Assembly: GCA_013152815.1 (NCBI GenBank)
Contig: JAADFO010000046.1
Location: 1-32,432, forward strand
Reading direction: 5' to 3'
DNA from: Nanobdellati archaeon
Lineage (GTDB): Archaea > Nanobdellota > Nanobdellia > Woesearchaeales > JAADFO01
Length of the DNA stretch: 32,432 nucleotides
Under the pieces are notes generated by a model. That model made no database searches. It had not been told where the DNA came from and was given only the letters and a program-made list of their open reading frames with translations. Positions 17,721 to 27,516 of this stretch are shown piece by piece. Numbering within the stretch: position 1 is the first letter of the stretch; each line of letters opens with the position of its first letter. Position numbers and translations under genes: made by a program.

Positions 17721-18284
17721 TCAGAGCTCGGCGAAGAGCTTGTACTTCTCGTTGCCGGTGAGTTCGCTCATGATGCGGCGGACGATGACCTTCTCCGGGT
17801 CAGGCATGAGCTTGACCCTGCTCTTGAGGTCGGCGAAACTCTCAAAATCCCTGTCCTTCCGCTCTTCGAGGATCTGCCACATGTGTTTCTTCCCGAGCCC
17901 CGGAAGGAGCTCGAGCTGGTGCATCCTGGTGGTGAGCGGCTGGGCCCTGTTGAAGAAGGCGAGGAAGCGGTCAGGGCTCTTCTTGACGATGTCTTCGACC
18001 ACGAACTGGAGCTCTGAACGGGCAGTGGACGTCAGCCGGTCGACGGGAAGCTTGCCGATGATGTGATGGATCTTCTCGCGCTTCCCTTCGCCGATATAGA
18101 TCTTCTCGTAGGGCTGGAGAAAGATCTCCTTCTTCGGAGCGAGTTCCAGGAGGAAGAAATGGTCAAGACCGACCGCCTGGGCGATGGGGGTCTTCCGATG
18201 GCTGGGCTGGGAATCGAAAGGATAGCCGTTCGGCAGGAAGTCCAATACGATGGCGTATTCTTCCTTGATCTTACCTAGTTCCAT
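17721..18284 (-). CDS. DUF655 family putative nucleic-acid-binding protein (HhH)
   Basis: EEYAIVLDFLPNG, F.LLEL and RMHQLELLPGLGKK motifs. Conserved position after rpoF. Confidence 0.9.
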   Translation of the reverse strand: MELGKIKEEYAIVLDFLPNGYPFDSQPSHRKTPIAQAVGLDHFFLLELAPKKEIFLQPYEKIYIGEGKREKIHHIIGKLPVDRLTSTARSELQFVVEDIVKKSPDRFLAFFNRAQPLTTRMHQLELLPGLGKKHMWQILEERKDRDFESFADLKSRVKLMPDPEKVIVRRIMSELTGNEKYKLFAEL

Positions 18285-18343
18285 CAATATCCCCCCCTTG
18301 TTCAGACCCGGCCTCTGACCATCAAATACGAGCGAGATGACAT

Positions 18344-18373
18344 CATGATGCAAATGAACATGATGCAAATGAA
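18344..18373. repeat. Perfect 15-bp tandem duplication
   Basis: CATGATGCAAATGAA at 18344-18358 and 18359-18373. Confidence 0.85.
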
Positions 18374-18396
18374 GGTGGATGGGTTCCGGACGGTCT

Positions 18397-18738
18397 TCAG
18401 ATGAACTTGACGACCGTATCGACGATCCGCTTGCTGTTATCCTTGTTGATGGTGAGGGTGTACCCCTGCAGGATGATCTTGAGCTCATCGACGGTCTTCG
18501 GCAGGAGATCGATGATCTTCGCCATGTGGAGCGGTTTCAGCCGCGGAACCTTGAGGGCGTCCAGTTCCTTGTAGAGCTTCTGGGCGTCCTTCGGACTCAG
18601 AAGGTCTAGCTGTCCGAGATAGTCATAGGTCTTGTTGGCCCGAAAACTCAGTTCCTCGTCCCGCTTCTTGATATGCTTAAGTTCAGCATAGACCTCAGCC
18701 ATGTTCATGGGCTGCTCTTCGAGTATTTCCGGTTTCAT
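18397..18738 (-). CDS. rpoF: RNA polymerase subunit Rpo4 (RpoF)
   Basis: ELSFRANKTYDYL and KIIDLLPKTVDELK motifs. Lies between rpl21e and DUF655. Confidence 0.88.
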   Translation of the reverse strand: MKPEILEEQPMNMAEVYAELKHIKKRDEELSFRANKTYDYLGQLDLLSPKDAQKLYKELDALKVPRLKPLHMAKIIDLLPKTVDELKIILQGYTLTINKDNSKRIVDTVVKFI

Positions 18739-19043
18739 GCTTTTTCTCCTTCATCGATCCTCTTGAGATGGACAGGATGGACGATGACGTTCTTCTGCGC
18801 ATTGCCGTCATGCAGACGTATCTCATAGCAGTCCCCTTTCCGGGCGCCGATCACGCCCACATGCCCATGGAATCGCCTATGATAGAGGCCTTTCTGGACA
18901 GCAGGCTCTGCCGCCAGGGTCACCTTGTCCCCTTTCTGGAATTCCTGCAGAGAATCCCGTATGCTGATCTTGCCCTTCGCCCGATAATGCTTCTTCATCA
19001 GGTGACGGGTCTTTCTTCGTAATCCACCGGTTCGTGTCGCCAT
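18735..19043 (-). CDS. rpl21e: 50S ribosomal protein L21e
   Basis: GLRRKTR, F.KGDKV, HRRFHG..G and VHPVHLK motifs. Confidence 0.95.
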   Translation of the reverse strand: MATRTGGLRRKTRHLMKKHYRAKGKISIRDSLQEFQKGDKVTLAAEPAVQKGLYHRRFHGHVGVIGARKGDCYEIRLHDGNAQKNVIVHPVHLKRIDEGEKA

Positions 19044-19345
19044 ATTCTTCTTTTTCCATTACTCTTGCTTATCGCTATGGTAGAGGTTATCCTAATGAAG
19101 ACTACTCGCATAACCCAATGCGGAAATCATGCAGTCATATATAAATCTTATTCTTATGCGGGCATTATGTTGGCTATTACATGAAGAAAGAGGCAGGAGG
19201 AGACAGAGAAGAAGAGAGGCAGCCGGGCGGCAGGGGATTTCGACAACCAAAAGCTTTAAATAGGCCCAGATGTTCCCGGGATGCAATCCTAACGTGTTTT
19301 CTGGCAATAATGGCAATAAATGAGTAGATGACCTACACCAATAAA

Positions 19346-19993
19346 ATGGAAACAGACCAAAACAAATTTCTCAAGACAGGGACCACCACCATCGGCATCG
19401 TCTGCAAGGACGGCATCGTCATCGGAGCGGACAAACGGGCGACCGCAGGGAACCTCATCGTAGACGCCCAGGCAGAGAAGGTGCATGACATCGGCAATGA
19501 GATGGCCATCACCATCGCAGGGATGGTCTCTGACGCTCAGCTCCTGACCAAGCTGATCAAGGCGGAGATCAAGATAAAGGATATGCGGACCCTCAGGAAG
19601 ACCACGGTCAAGGAAGCGAGCAACCTGCTGGCAGGCATCGTCTATGGCAACATCCGAAGGATGTCCATGGTCCCTGGAGTGACCCACTTCCTTCTTGGAG
19701 GGAAAGACAACACCGGATACCACCTTTATGACATCTTTCCCGACGGCTCCATCACCCACATCGACAAGTTCATCGCTTCTGGTTCAGGGAGCGTCATCGC
19801 CTATGGTGTCCTCGAGACCCAGTGGAAGCCTAACCTCTCCATCGATGAGGGCATGAAGCTTCTGGCGAAGTCGGTGAACGCTGCGATCCAGAGGGACTCT
19901 GCGTCGGGGAACGGACTGGACATCGTGACCATCGACGCCAAAGGGCTGCGGTTCGCGGTGAGGAAGCAGACCAAGGTCAGCGTGGAACTATGA
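19346..19993 (+). CDS. psmB: Proteasome subunit beta
   Basis: Propeptide ..KTG|TTTIGIV, ADKRAT, SGSGS and RDSASG motifs. Confidence 0.95.
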   Translation: METDQNKFLKTGTTTIGIVCKDGIVIGADKRATAGNLIVDAQAEKVHDIGNEMAITIAGMVSDAQLLTKLIKAEIKIKDMRTLRKTTVKEASNLLAGIVYGNIRRMSMVPGVTHFLLGGKDNTGYHLYDIFPDGSITHIDKFIASGSGSVIAYGVLETQWKPNLSIDEGMKLLAKSVNAAIQRDSASGNGLDIVTIDAKGLRFAVRKQTKVSVEL

Positions 19994-20103
19994 TGTTCCC
20001 GCAGGTCCTTTTTTTCACTGCAGGAACATGCAGACATCAGTGAGATAACAGAACAGACTCAATCTAGTGAAGATAAAGATTAAAGACAGGAAGTGTGAAC
20101 ACC

Positions 20104-21999
20104 ATGGCAGATATCATCAAAGAGATACTCAAACAATTGCCGGCCAACAAGATCAGTGAAGCCTGCTTCGAGGCGGCAAATATCGTGCTGTACACCACGG
20201 ACAAGGAATTCTTCCTCAACAACGAGGGACTCATCAAGAAGGTGGTCGATTCCATCAAGAAAAGGGTCGAACTGCGGCCTGACCCCTCCATCACCCTGGA
20301 CCCGGAGAAGGCAGAGGAGATCATCAAGAAGACCCTCCCCGAAGAGGCCAAGGCATCGCAGGTCATCTTCGACCCCCAGCGTTCCATCGTCATCATCGAG
20401 GCAGAGAAGCCGGGCCTGGCCATCGGGAAGCAGGGAGCGAACCTGCGCCATATCAGGGAGAAGACCCTCTGGGTGCCGCTCATCAAGAGGACGCCTGCCA
20501 TCAGGAGCATCCTCATCGAGAACGTGAGATCGGTGCTCTATCAGAATTCAGACTACCGCAGGAAGTTCCTCGACAAGGTCGGCCACCGCATCTATGACGG
20601 CTGGATCCGCGAGAAGAAGAAGGAATGGGTGAGGCTCTCCATGCTTGGCTCCGGACGCCAGGTGGGACGAAGCTCCATGCTCCTGCAGACGCCTGAATCC
20701 CGGGTGCTCCTTGACTGCGGGGTGGACGTGGCCTCCAACGACGACAATGCCTATCCTTTCCTCGAAGCGCCTGAGTTCTCCATCAAAGAGCTCGACGCGG
20801 TCATCATCTCCCATGCCCATCTCGACCACGTCGGATTCCTCCCCTATCTCATCAAATACGGCTACAGAGGCCCCATCTATTGCACAGAACCGACCCGGGA
20901 CATCATGTCCCTGCTCCTCCTGGATTTCATCAAGATCATGCGGGGAGAGGGGAAAGAGCCCCTGTTCACGTCGGATGAGATCAAGGAGATGGTGAAGCAG
21001 ACCATCACCCTGAGCTACAAGGAAGTCACCGACATCACGCCGGACATCAGGATCACGCTCTACAATTCAGGTCATATCATCGGAAGCTCCATGGTACACA
21101 TCCACATCGGGAACGGCCTCCACAACCTGGTCTACGGAGCAGACATGAAATATGGAAGGACTGCCCTCCTCGACCCTGCGGAGACCCAGTTCCCCCGCTG
21201 CGAGACCTTCATCCTGGAATCGACCTACGGCGGCAGGGACAATGTGCTGCCGTCGAGGAAGGACTGCGAGAAGCAGCTCGCCGACTCCATCATGCGGGCC
21301 ATCAAGCGGAGAGGGAGGGTGCTCATCCCGGTCCTGGGAGTCGGCAGGGCACAGGAGGTCTTCCTCATCGTCGAGGATCTCATCCGCACCGGAAAGATGG
21401 AGAAAGTTCCTGTCTATATCGACGGCATGATCTGGGACGTGACTGCCATCCACACGGCCTATCCAGAATACCTCAACGCTGCCGTCCGCAAGAAGATCTT
21501 CCACAAGAACGAGAACCCGTTCCTGTCGGACATCTTCAAGAGGATCGGGTCTGCGAAGGAACGGCGCATGGTCATCGAGGAGAGCACCCCGTTCATCGTC
21601 CTGGCCACATCCGGCATGCTCCAGGGCGGCCCTTCGGTGGAGTACCTCAAGGCCTTCGCGAGCTCTGAACGCAACGCGCTCATCTTCGTCGCCTACCAGG
21701 GAGCAGGCTCTCTGGGACGGAGGATCCAGCAGGGAGACCGTGAGATAGCGTTCCAGAAGGGCCATGCTCAGGAGGTCATCGGGATCAAGCTTGAACTCAC
21801 CACCATCGACGGCCTGACCGGCCATTCAGGACGAGGGGAGCTCATGAACTTCGTCCATAAATGCGACCCCCGGCCCAAGAAGATCATCATCAACCACGGC
21901 GAGAATTCCCGCTGCCTCGACCTCGCGAGCTCGTTGCACAAGACCTACCGGCTCGAGACCGTCGCTCCGAGGAACCTCGAGGTCGTCAGGTTGAAGTGA
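20104..21999 (+). CDS. fttA: aCPSF1/FttA beta-CASP ribonuclease with KH domains
   Basis: KPGLAIGKQG KH motif; SHAHLDH, GHIIGS, ESTYG, GRAQE, TSGML and HGE motifs. Follows psmB, as in many archaea. Confidence 0.95.
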   Translation: MADIIKEILKQLPANKISEACFEAANIVLYTTDKEFFLNNEGLIKKVVDSIKKRVELRPDPSITLDPEKAEEIIKKTLPEEAKASQVIFDPQRSIVIIEAEKPGLAIGKQGANLRHIREKTLWVPLIKRTPAIRSILIENVRSVLYQNSDYRRKFLDKVGHRIYDGWIREKKKEWVRLSMLGSGRQVGRSSMLLQTPESRVLLDCGVDVASNDDNAYPFLEAPEFSIKELDAVIISHAHLDHVGFLPYLIKYGYRGPIYCTEPTRDIMSLLLLDFIKIMRGEGKEPLFTSDEIKEMVKQTITLSYKEVTDITPDIRITLYNSGHIIGSSMVHIHIGNGLHNLVYGADMKYGRTALLDPAETQFPRCETFILESTYGGRDNVLPSRKDCEKQLADSIMRAIKRRGRVLIPVLGVGRAQEVFLIVEDLIRTGKMEKVPVYIDGMIWDVTAIHTAYPEYLNAAVRKKIFHKNENPFLSDIFKRIGSAKERRMVIEESTPFIVLATSGMLQGGPSVEYLKAFASSERNALIFVAYQGAGSLGRRIQQGDREIAFQKGHAQEVIGIKLELTTIDGLTGHSGRGELMNFVHKCDPRPKKIIINHGENSRCLDLASSLHKTYRLETVAPRNLEVVRLK

Positions 22000-22147
22000 G
22001 ACCTGGCCGGAGGAACCCTTTCTTCAGCCTTTTCTTCACCATCGCTTTCTCGGCAGGCTTGCCGACGGAGACAGGATACGCTCACCACTAGAGAATGCTC
22101 CATAAAGAATTTAAAGGCAGCAGACCACTCAGGAAGAATACGAAGGG

Positions 22148-22540
22148 GTGTCTTTTGTGGTGAAGAAAAAGAAGGCTTCTCAGCAGGCTCCGGGAGCCGT
22201 CCCTAAGAAGGCGAAGGCAAAGAAGACGAAGAATCAGAGAGCTTCGCCGTCAAAGAGTCGGGGTCGGCCGATACATGCAGATGTCCCGACAGAACATTAT
22301 TTTCTGCTGATCGACGGTTCGGCCATCAGAGGATTAGAGGAACTGGCAGATGCCTTCGACCAGATGAGCGACGACGTCTTCTATTATCATGTCAACGAGT
22401 TCAAGAATGACTTTGCCAACTGGATCAGGGACATCTTCGATGAGAAGGAACTGGCAGAGCATATCGAGCTTGCGAAGTCCATCGAACATGCACACATAGC
22501 AGTCCTGAGACATATCATCAAACAGCTGAAGAAGGTCTGA
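22148..22540 (+). CDS. DUF5752-like protein with a Lys-rich N-terminus
   Basis: F.L.DG..I..L.EL...M.DD.F.YHVN..KNDFANWI motif. Confidence 0.75.
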   Translation: MSFVVKKKKASQQAPGAVPKKAKAKKTKNQRASPSKSRGRPIHADVPTEHYFLLIDGSAIRGLEELADAFDQMSDDVFYYHVNEFKNDFANWIRDIFDEKELAEHIELAKSIEHAHIAVLRHIIKQLKKV

Positions 22541-22598
22541 TCGTCCGTGCCTGGACAGGAAGCCTGGGGAGCAGGAGACAGCAGACAAGGAGAGGAAG

Positions 22599-23081
22599 AT
22601 GGGACGCAAGAAAGAAGAGATCAACATGAAGCAGGTGCATGAGTGGCTTTCTGACTGCCTTCCGGACAAGGCATTCTATCTCACTTCAGGGGTCTATATC
22701 CGCAATCTCCATGAGCTCTATGACGCTCTGCTCCATATGAGAGATGAGCTGTTCACTGACCATGTCAACAAGAAGAAGAACGATTTCTACAACTGGATCC
22801 AGGGAGTGGTCGGAGACAGGGTGCTGGCAGAACAGATCAAGCCTGTCAAGGACAGGCTCAGGATGGTGTTGGCCATCAGACGCAGGCTCGATGAGCTCGA
22901 GGCGGTGGAGCACACCTTTGAGGATCAGGCAGCCGAAGAAGAAGGCATCCCTGTCCCCAAGAGAGAGGATCGCGAAAAGAAGAGGATGACGCTTGCCTGG
23001 GAACTGTTTTTTATCGGTCTCATCCTGGGATTGATCGTCGGCTATGTGCTGGCATTCTATGTGCGGCCGCTCATCGCCTGA
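22599..23081 (+). CDS. DUF5752-like paralog with a C-terminal membrane anchor
   Basis: Same motif (FYLTSG..IRNLHEL..HVNKKKNDFYNWI) and a hydrophobic tail LFFIGLILGLIVGYVLAF. Confidence 0.78.
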   Translation: MGRKKEEINMKQVHEWLSDCLPDKAFYLTSGVYIRNLHELYDALLHMRDELFTDHVNKKKNDFYNWIQGVVGDRVLAEQIKPVKDRLRMVLAIRRRLDELEAVEHTFEDQAAEEEGIPVPKREDREKKRMTLAWELFFIGLILGLIVGYVLAFYVRPLIA

Positions 23082-23105
23082 AGCCGGTCCTGGACCGCAC
23101 CCCCT

Positions 23106-23759
23106 TCAACCGAAGCTTTTCAGGATGACGCTGATGTCCTTGCCTTCGATGACCTGGTCGCAGGTCTGTCTCAGCTCATCTGATCGGCAGTTGAAGGCTA
23201 TGGAAAACCCTGCCATCCTGGCAGCTTCCACATCGTTCTGATGGTCGCCTATGAAGACGGTCTCTGCGAGAGGGATGCCTTCCCTGCCGGCAAGCTGCTT
23301 CAACGCCGTCGCCTTGTGCTTGAAATCATACTTCGTAGGAGTGATGCCGATGAGCCTGTTGTCGCCGTCAAAAACCAGCCTGTTGATATAGACCGCATCG
23401 AAGATCTCCTGATAGTCAGGCAACACGGATTCCAGTGCAACATCCAGGGACCCTGATATGATGGCAAGCTTGATCCCTCGTTCCCTGAGCGCTTCCAAAG
23501 TCTTTCTCGCCCCGCTCACCAGCCGAAGATGCGAAAGCGCCTGCAGGACATCGTCCCGGGTGACCCCTTTCCTGACCCAGAGGCCGACATCATGGACCGC
23601 CCAGTCGTGGTAGGAGAGCTTCCCGGCGAAGAAGGATTCCTTTGCCTGGACCCGTTCGTCGACGTCGGTCCCGAGACGTTCATGGAGGGTCTGCCAGATG
23701 AAGGTGATATTCTCGATGAGAGTGCCGTCGAGGTCGAAACAGACGAGCCGGAAAGCCAT
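23106..23759 (-). CDS. HAD-family phosphatase (SerB-like)
   Basis: FDLDGTL, IISGS, K and GDHQND motifs. Confidence 0.9.
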   Translation of the reverse strand: MAFRLVCFDLDGTLIENITFIWQTLHERLGTDVDERVQAKESFFAGKLSYHDWAVHDVGLWVRKGVTRDDVLQALSHLRLVSGARKTLEALRERGIKLAIISGSLDVALESVLPDYQEIFDAVYINRLVFDGDNRLIGITPTKYDFKHKATALKQLAGREGIPLAETVFIGDHQNDVEAARMAGFSIAFNCRSDELRQTCDQVIEGKDISVILKSFG

Positions 23760-23821
23760 GGCATCGGGAAAGGCCTGAATTATTTAATGCTTCGCCCCGA
23801 TCGATATCCTGATCGAGAGGG

Positions 23822-24706
23822 TTAAGCATCGATGCCGAAGAGCATCTTCACCAGGAAGCCGATGCCGAAGGAGAGCAGAGCCACCCCGAGGCTGATGGCA
23901 GCCATCCGGAGGAACCGTCTCCGGAACGGAAGGTCGTTGGTCACCGAGGTATAGAAGGTAAATAAGAAGATGATCATGACCGCGATGACCAGGGAGCATA
24001 CTAATGCGATGACAGCAGAGGAAAGGAGCAGAAAAGGCAGGATAAGGAATGTCACCGTGAAGATGTAGGCCACGCCTGTATAGAAGGATGCTATGAGCGG
24101 GCTCTTCGTCTCCCCTTGCTTTGTCGTCTGCTCTTCTTTCATGGAAAGGTATTCAGAAGCTGCCATGGAAAGCGATGCTGCAATGCCGGTGATGAGGCCG
24201 ACCAGGGCGATGAGCTGGCTGTCCTGCAGTGCCAGGGTGAAACCGGCCAGGGCTCCGGTGAGCTCGACCAGCGCATCGTTGAGTCCCAGGACGATGGAGC
24301 CGACGTATTCCAGGTGTTGTTCTTCAATCATGCCGATAATCTTTTTTTCGTGTTCCTGCTCGTCCTTCTTGATGCTGATGGCTGCAGGATAGGATCTGCC
24401 TATCCGGGCATAGGTCGTCTGGGCGAGGTCCTCGCCGCGTTCCATCAGTTTGAGACCGAAGACCAGGCCGAAGATGCGGGAAATCATGAAATAAAGAAAG
24501 ATCTTCCAGCGATTGGGGGATGCCTTTTTCTTCGTGAGTTTCTGCCAGAATGCTGCATGTCTCGCTTCGTCGGCTGCGATGGATTGCAGGATCTTCCGGT
24601 TCTTCCGGTTCTTCTCTTTCTGTGCAAGTTTCGTATAGATGATATGTTCGGTGAGCTCATTTATCTGCGCCTGTTCTATCTCTTCCATGACCTTCCTGCT
24701 GAGCAT
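23822..24706 (-). CDS. Rubrerythrin-like/VIT1-CCC1 fusion (putative iron transporter)
   Basis: N-terminal E..H pairs (DEARH, DEQEH). C-terminal VLGLNDAL, SMAASEYLS and several TM segments. Confidence 0.88.
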   Translation of the reverse strand: MLSRKVMEEIEQAQINELTEHIIYTKLAQKEKNRKNRKILQSIAADEARHAAFWQKLTKKKASPNRWKIFLYFMISRIFGLVFGLKLMERGEDLAQTTYARIGRSYPAAISIKKDEQEHEKKIIGMIEEQHLEYVGSIVLGLNDALVELTGALAGFTLALQDSQLIALVGLITGIAASLSMAASEYLSMKEEQTTKQGETKSPLIASFYTGVAYIFTVTFLILPFLLLSSAVIALVCSLVIAVMIIFLFTFYTSVTNDLPFRRRFLRMAAISLGVALLSFGIGFLVKMLFGIDA

Positions 24707-24827
24707 GGCTGGAGGAAGTGACAAGCTCATTTATATACTCTCCGCAGCCAGCACAGGGAGAATGTAATCACTCCGCAATAGTGATACTACGAAACATTTA
24801 TATAGTAGTGCCACTGCTCAGTAACAC

Positions 24828-25358
24828 ATGAGTCGCTTCAGAGAGGCCGTTGCCTTTGTCGACAGGAAAGACATCCTGCTCATTTTCGTGATCTTTCTTG
24901 CAGGCTTTGTCACGGCATCCCTGCTGCCCATCAACGCACTGGAATCCCCTGCCCAGATCCCTGGCATCTCTGATCTTGTCGGCCCCGGAGAGGTCGCCTC
25001 ACCGAAGGACTGGATACCCGAAAAAGACATCCATGTCTACAATGACCGGGTGATCATCGATGTGAAGAACCCTGAATGGGCCGCCTTCACCGACACCAAC
25101 TCCATGGACCCGGTCTTCGACAAGGGAAGCAATGCCATCGAGATCGTCCCCACATCGTCCGAACAGGTGACACCCGGAGAGATCGTCAGCTATCAGTCCC
25201 GTTACGCCTCAGGCACCATCATCCACCGGGTGAAGGAGACAGGGCAGGATGAGGACGGCTGGTATGCCATCATGCAGGGAGACAACAATCCCCGTCCGGA
25301 TCCGGGGAAGGTCAGGTTCGACCAGATACGGCGGCTGGTCGTCGCCATCATCTACTGA
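24828..25358 (+). CDS. Signal peptidase I-like (S26, Ser-His type)
   Basis: N-terminal TM; TNSMDP, IIHRV and GDNN..PD motifs. Confidence 0.82.
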   Translation: MSRFREAVAFVDRKDILLIFVIFLAGFVTASLLPINALESPAQIPGISDLVGPGEVASPKDWIPEKDIHVYNDRVIIDVKNPEWAAFTDTNSMDPVFDKGSNAIEIVPTSSEQVTPGEIVSYQSRYASGTIIHRVKETGQDEDGWYAIMQGDNNPRPDPGKVRFDQIRRLVVAIIY

Positions 25359-25424
25359 CACCGCCTGCAAGACAGACAACACCGACGAGAAGAGGCCCCT
25401 CCTTCCTGCGACCCATGAAGGACG

Positions 25425-26030
25425 ATGGAACAACACCAGAACGCCCAGAACCTGTATCTCCATCTCAAAGAGATTCTTCCGCATAACAATCCCCTGGACA
25501 CTGCGCTCGCCGTGATTACGGAAGAGGGCCAATGGAAGCGGCTCAGGCAGGACTATGCACGGGTCAAGATAGCAGAGGAACCAGGACTCGACATGTGTGA
25601 AGCCATGACATGCGCGGGCATCGAGATAAACATCCACCGGATAGTGTACGGACAAGGAAGGTTCGTCGACGAGAAGGCCGGTCTGTACACAGAAGGCACA
25701 GGAGGAGAAGGCCCTTCCCAGGAGAACCTTTTCCTGAAATATACGGCAGCAGGCGGCAACGGCAGGGACATCGACCTGGCGGTAGGGTCGATCGGTACCG
25801 ATCGCATCCGTATGGAACAGTACGTCTCTGAATACATGGACTTCTTCGTCGATGCAGGACTGGCAGAGAGCTACCAGGAAGCGTATCAGAAGACCGCAGA
25901 GGATATTCTCGGACGGCTCATCCGGCTGCAGGTGACCAGGGAGGATCCGGGAGTCATCAGACAGTGGAGCAAGCTGCTCACAGCAGAGCAGCGGCTCCTG
26001 CTCGGCATACGGCCCGATAGAAGAGGGTAA
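25425..26030 (+). CDS. Hypothetical protein (201 aa)
   Basis: ORF with genome-typical codon usage. No motif recognised. Confidence 0.65.
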   Translation: MEQHQNAQNLYLHLKEILPHNNPLDTALAVITEEGQWKRLRQDYARVKIAEEPGLDMCEAMTCAGIEINIHRIVYGQGRFVDEKAGLYTEGTGGEGPSQENLFLKYTAAGGNGRDIDLAVGSIGTDRIRMEQYVSEYMDFFVDAGLAESYQEAYQKTAEDILGRLIRLQVTREDPGVIRQWSKLLTAEQRLLLGIRPDRRG

Positions 26031-26108
26031 CGTTCTTCAGAGCCTGTTTCTCCATCAAGGCCCATTTCTCCATCAAGTTTTTATACTTCAGGGATGCTCT
26101 GTCTTCCC

Positions 26109-26996
26109 ATGGAAAAAGACCTTGCGGACTGGCGGTCAGCGGGAAGGATCTCTGCCCGGGCGTTGGAGTATGGAAGGACGCTCATAAGGCCGGGTGCGAA
26201 GCTCCTTGATGCCTCAGACAAGATCGAAGAGAAGATCCGCGCACTAGGGGGAGAGCCGGCTTTCCCTGCCCAGATATCGCTGGACCATAACGCTGCCCAT
26301 TACTGCGCAGACCCTGACGACCTCACCATATTCAAGGACCAGGTGTGCTGCCTCGACGTCGGAGCCCATGTAAACGGAGCCATCGGAGACAACGCCCTGA
26401 CCGTCGACCTTTCTGGAAAGCATCAGGACCTGGTACAGGCGGCGAGAGATGCCCTGGACAATGCCGTCGCCATCATCAGGCCGGGCATCACCCTCGGAGA
26501 GATCGGGAAGACCATCCAGGAGACCATCCAGAAAGCAGGGTTCGCTCCCATCAAGAACCTCTCCGGCCATGGCCTGGACAGGTATCAGGTGCACACACCA
26601 CCACAGATCCCGAACTTCGATTCCGGCGAGACCGCAACACTGGAAGAAGGCATGATCATCGCCATAGAGCCTTTCGCCACGACCGGAAGAGGACTGATCA
26701 AGGAGACCGACACCGCGAACATCTTCTCCATGGAACAGCCGAGACCGGTGAGGAACCCGCTTGCGAGGAAACTCACAAAAGAGCTCACAGAGCTCAGGGG
26801 CCTGCCCTTCACCTCCAGATGGCTCACCAGAAAGTATCCGGCCTTCAAGGTGGCATTCGCCCTGAAAGAACTGAGCCAGCATCATGTCATCCATTCGTAC
26901 CCGCCCCTGATTGAAGTGGACCATGGACTTGTTGCCCAGGCAGAGCATTCCCTGCTCATCACCGAAGACGGCAATGAGATACTGACCCTGTCCTAG
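26109..26996 (+). CDS. map: Methionine aminopeptidase, type II
   Basis: PAFP, AAHY, LDVGAHVNGAIGDNA, NLSGHG, AIEPF and VAQAEHS motifs. Confidence 0.95.
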   Translation: MEKDLADWRSAGRISARALEYGRTLIRPGAKLLDASDKIEEKIRALGGEPAFPAQISLDHNAAHYCADPDDLTIFKDQVCCLDVGAHVNGAIGDNALTVDLSGKHQDLVQAARDALDNAVAIIRPGITLGEIGKTIQETIQKAGFAPIKNLSGHGLDRYQVHTPPQIPNFDSGETATLEEGMIIAIEPFATTGRGLIKETDTANIFSMEQPRPVRNPLARKLTKELTELRGLPFTSRWLTRKYPAFKVAFALKELSQHHVIHSYPPLIEVDHGLVAQAEHSLLITEDGNEILTLS

Positions 26997-27076
26997 TTCT
27001 GCTCCATCTCTGCCAGAGAACAGAGAACAATCGTCGAAACAGAAGGCATTTAAACTACGCCCGGGCCTGTCAGAAC

Positions 27077-27457
27077 ATGCGCATCCCGAAGAGGTACGGT
27101 CAGTCAAGAACTTCTGCATGCCCTTTCTGCGGAAAGCAGGGCATCACCCACAACGACCAGGGCATACCGGTCTGCAATGCCCACCGTTCGACGAGGCTTC
27201 CGGACATCAGATGCGTCTGTGGAGAGTGGCTGGAGGTCGCGACCGGCAGGTTCGGACCCTATTTCCGATGCCTGAACTGCGGCAACATCAATTTCAGACG
27301 CGGACTGGAGATGGCCGGCGATCTCACGTCCCCTGCGGCAGAAGAGACAGAGCAGGGAGAGAAGAAGGACAAGAAGGATGATCATTCCGACAAACACAGG
27401 GTCAAGAAAGCTCCCACCGAGACGGTCATCACATCACAGGAACTTGATCTCCTGTGA
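27077..27457 (+). CDS. Zinc-finger hypothetical protein
   Basis: CPFC..C..H and C.C..C..C clusters; charged tail. Confidence 0.75.
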   Translation: MRIPKRYGQSRTSACPFCGKQGITHNDQGIPVCNAHRSTRLPDIRCVCGEWLEVATGRFGPYFRCLNCGNINFRRGLEMAGDLTSPAAEETEQGEKKDKKDDHSDKHRVKKAPTETVITSQELDLL

Positions 27458-27516
27458 ACAGAAGAGGACAGGAGACAATAGAAACATATTAATAAAGGAA
27501 AGACAAGAGACAGATC

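Noticed and set aside
18285..18488. His-rich N-terminal extension of DUF655
   Set aside because: It overlaps rpoF out of frame, and the His run arises from the tandem repeat. The SD supports the 18284 start.
19092..19316. 74-aa ORF between rpl21e and psmB
   Set aside because: It spans both divergent TATA boxes, is low complexity and has no supporting signals.
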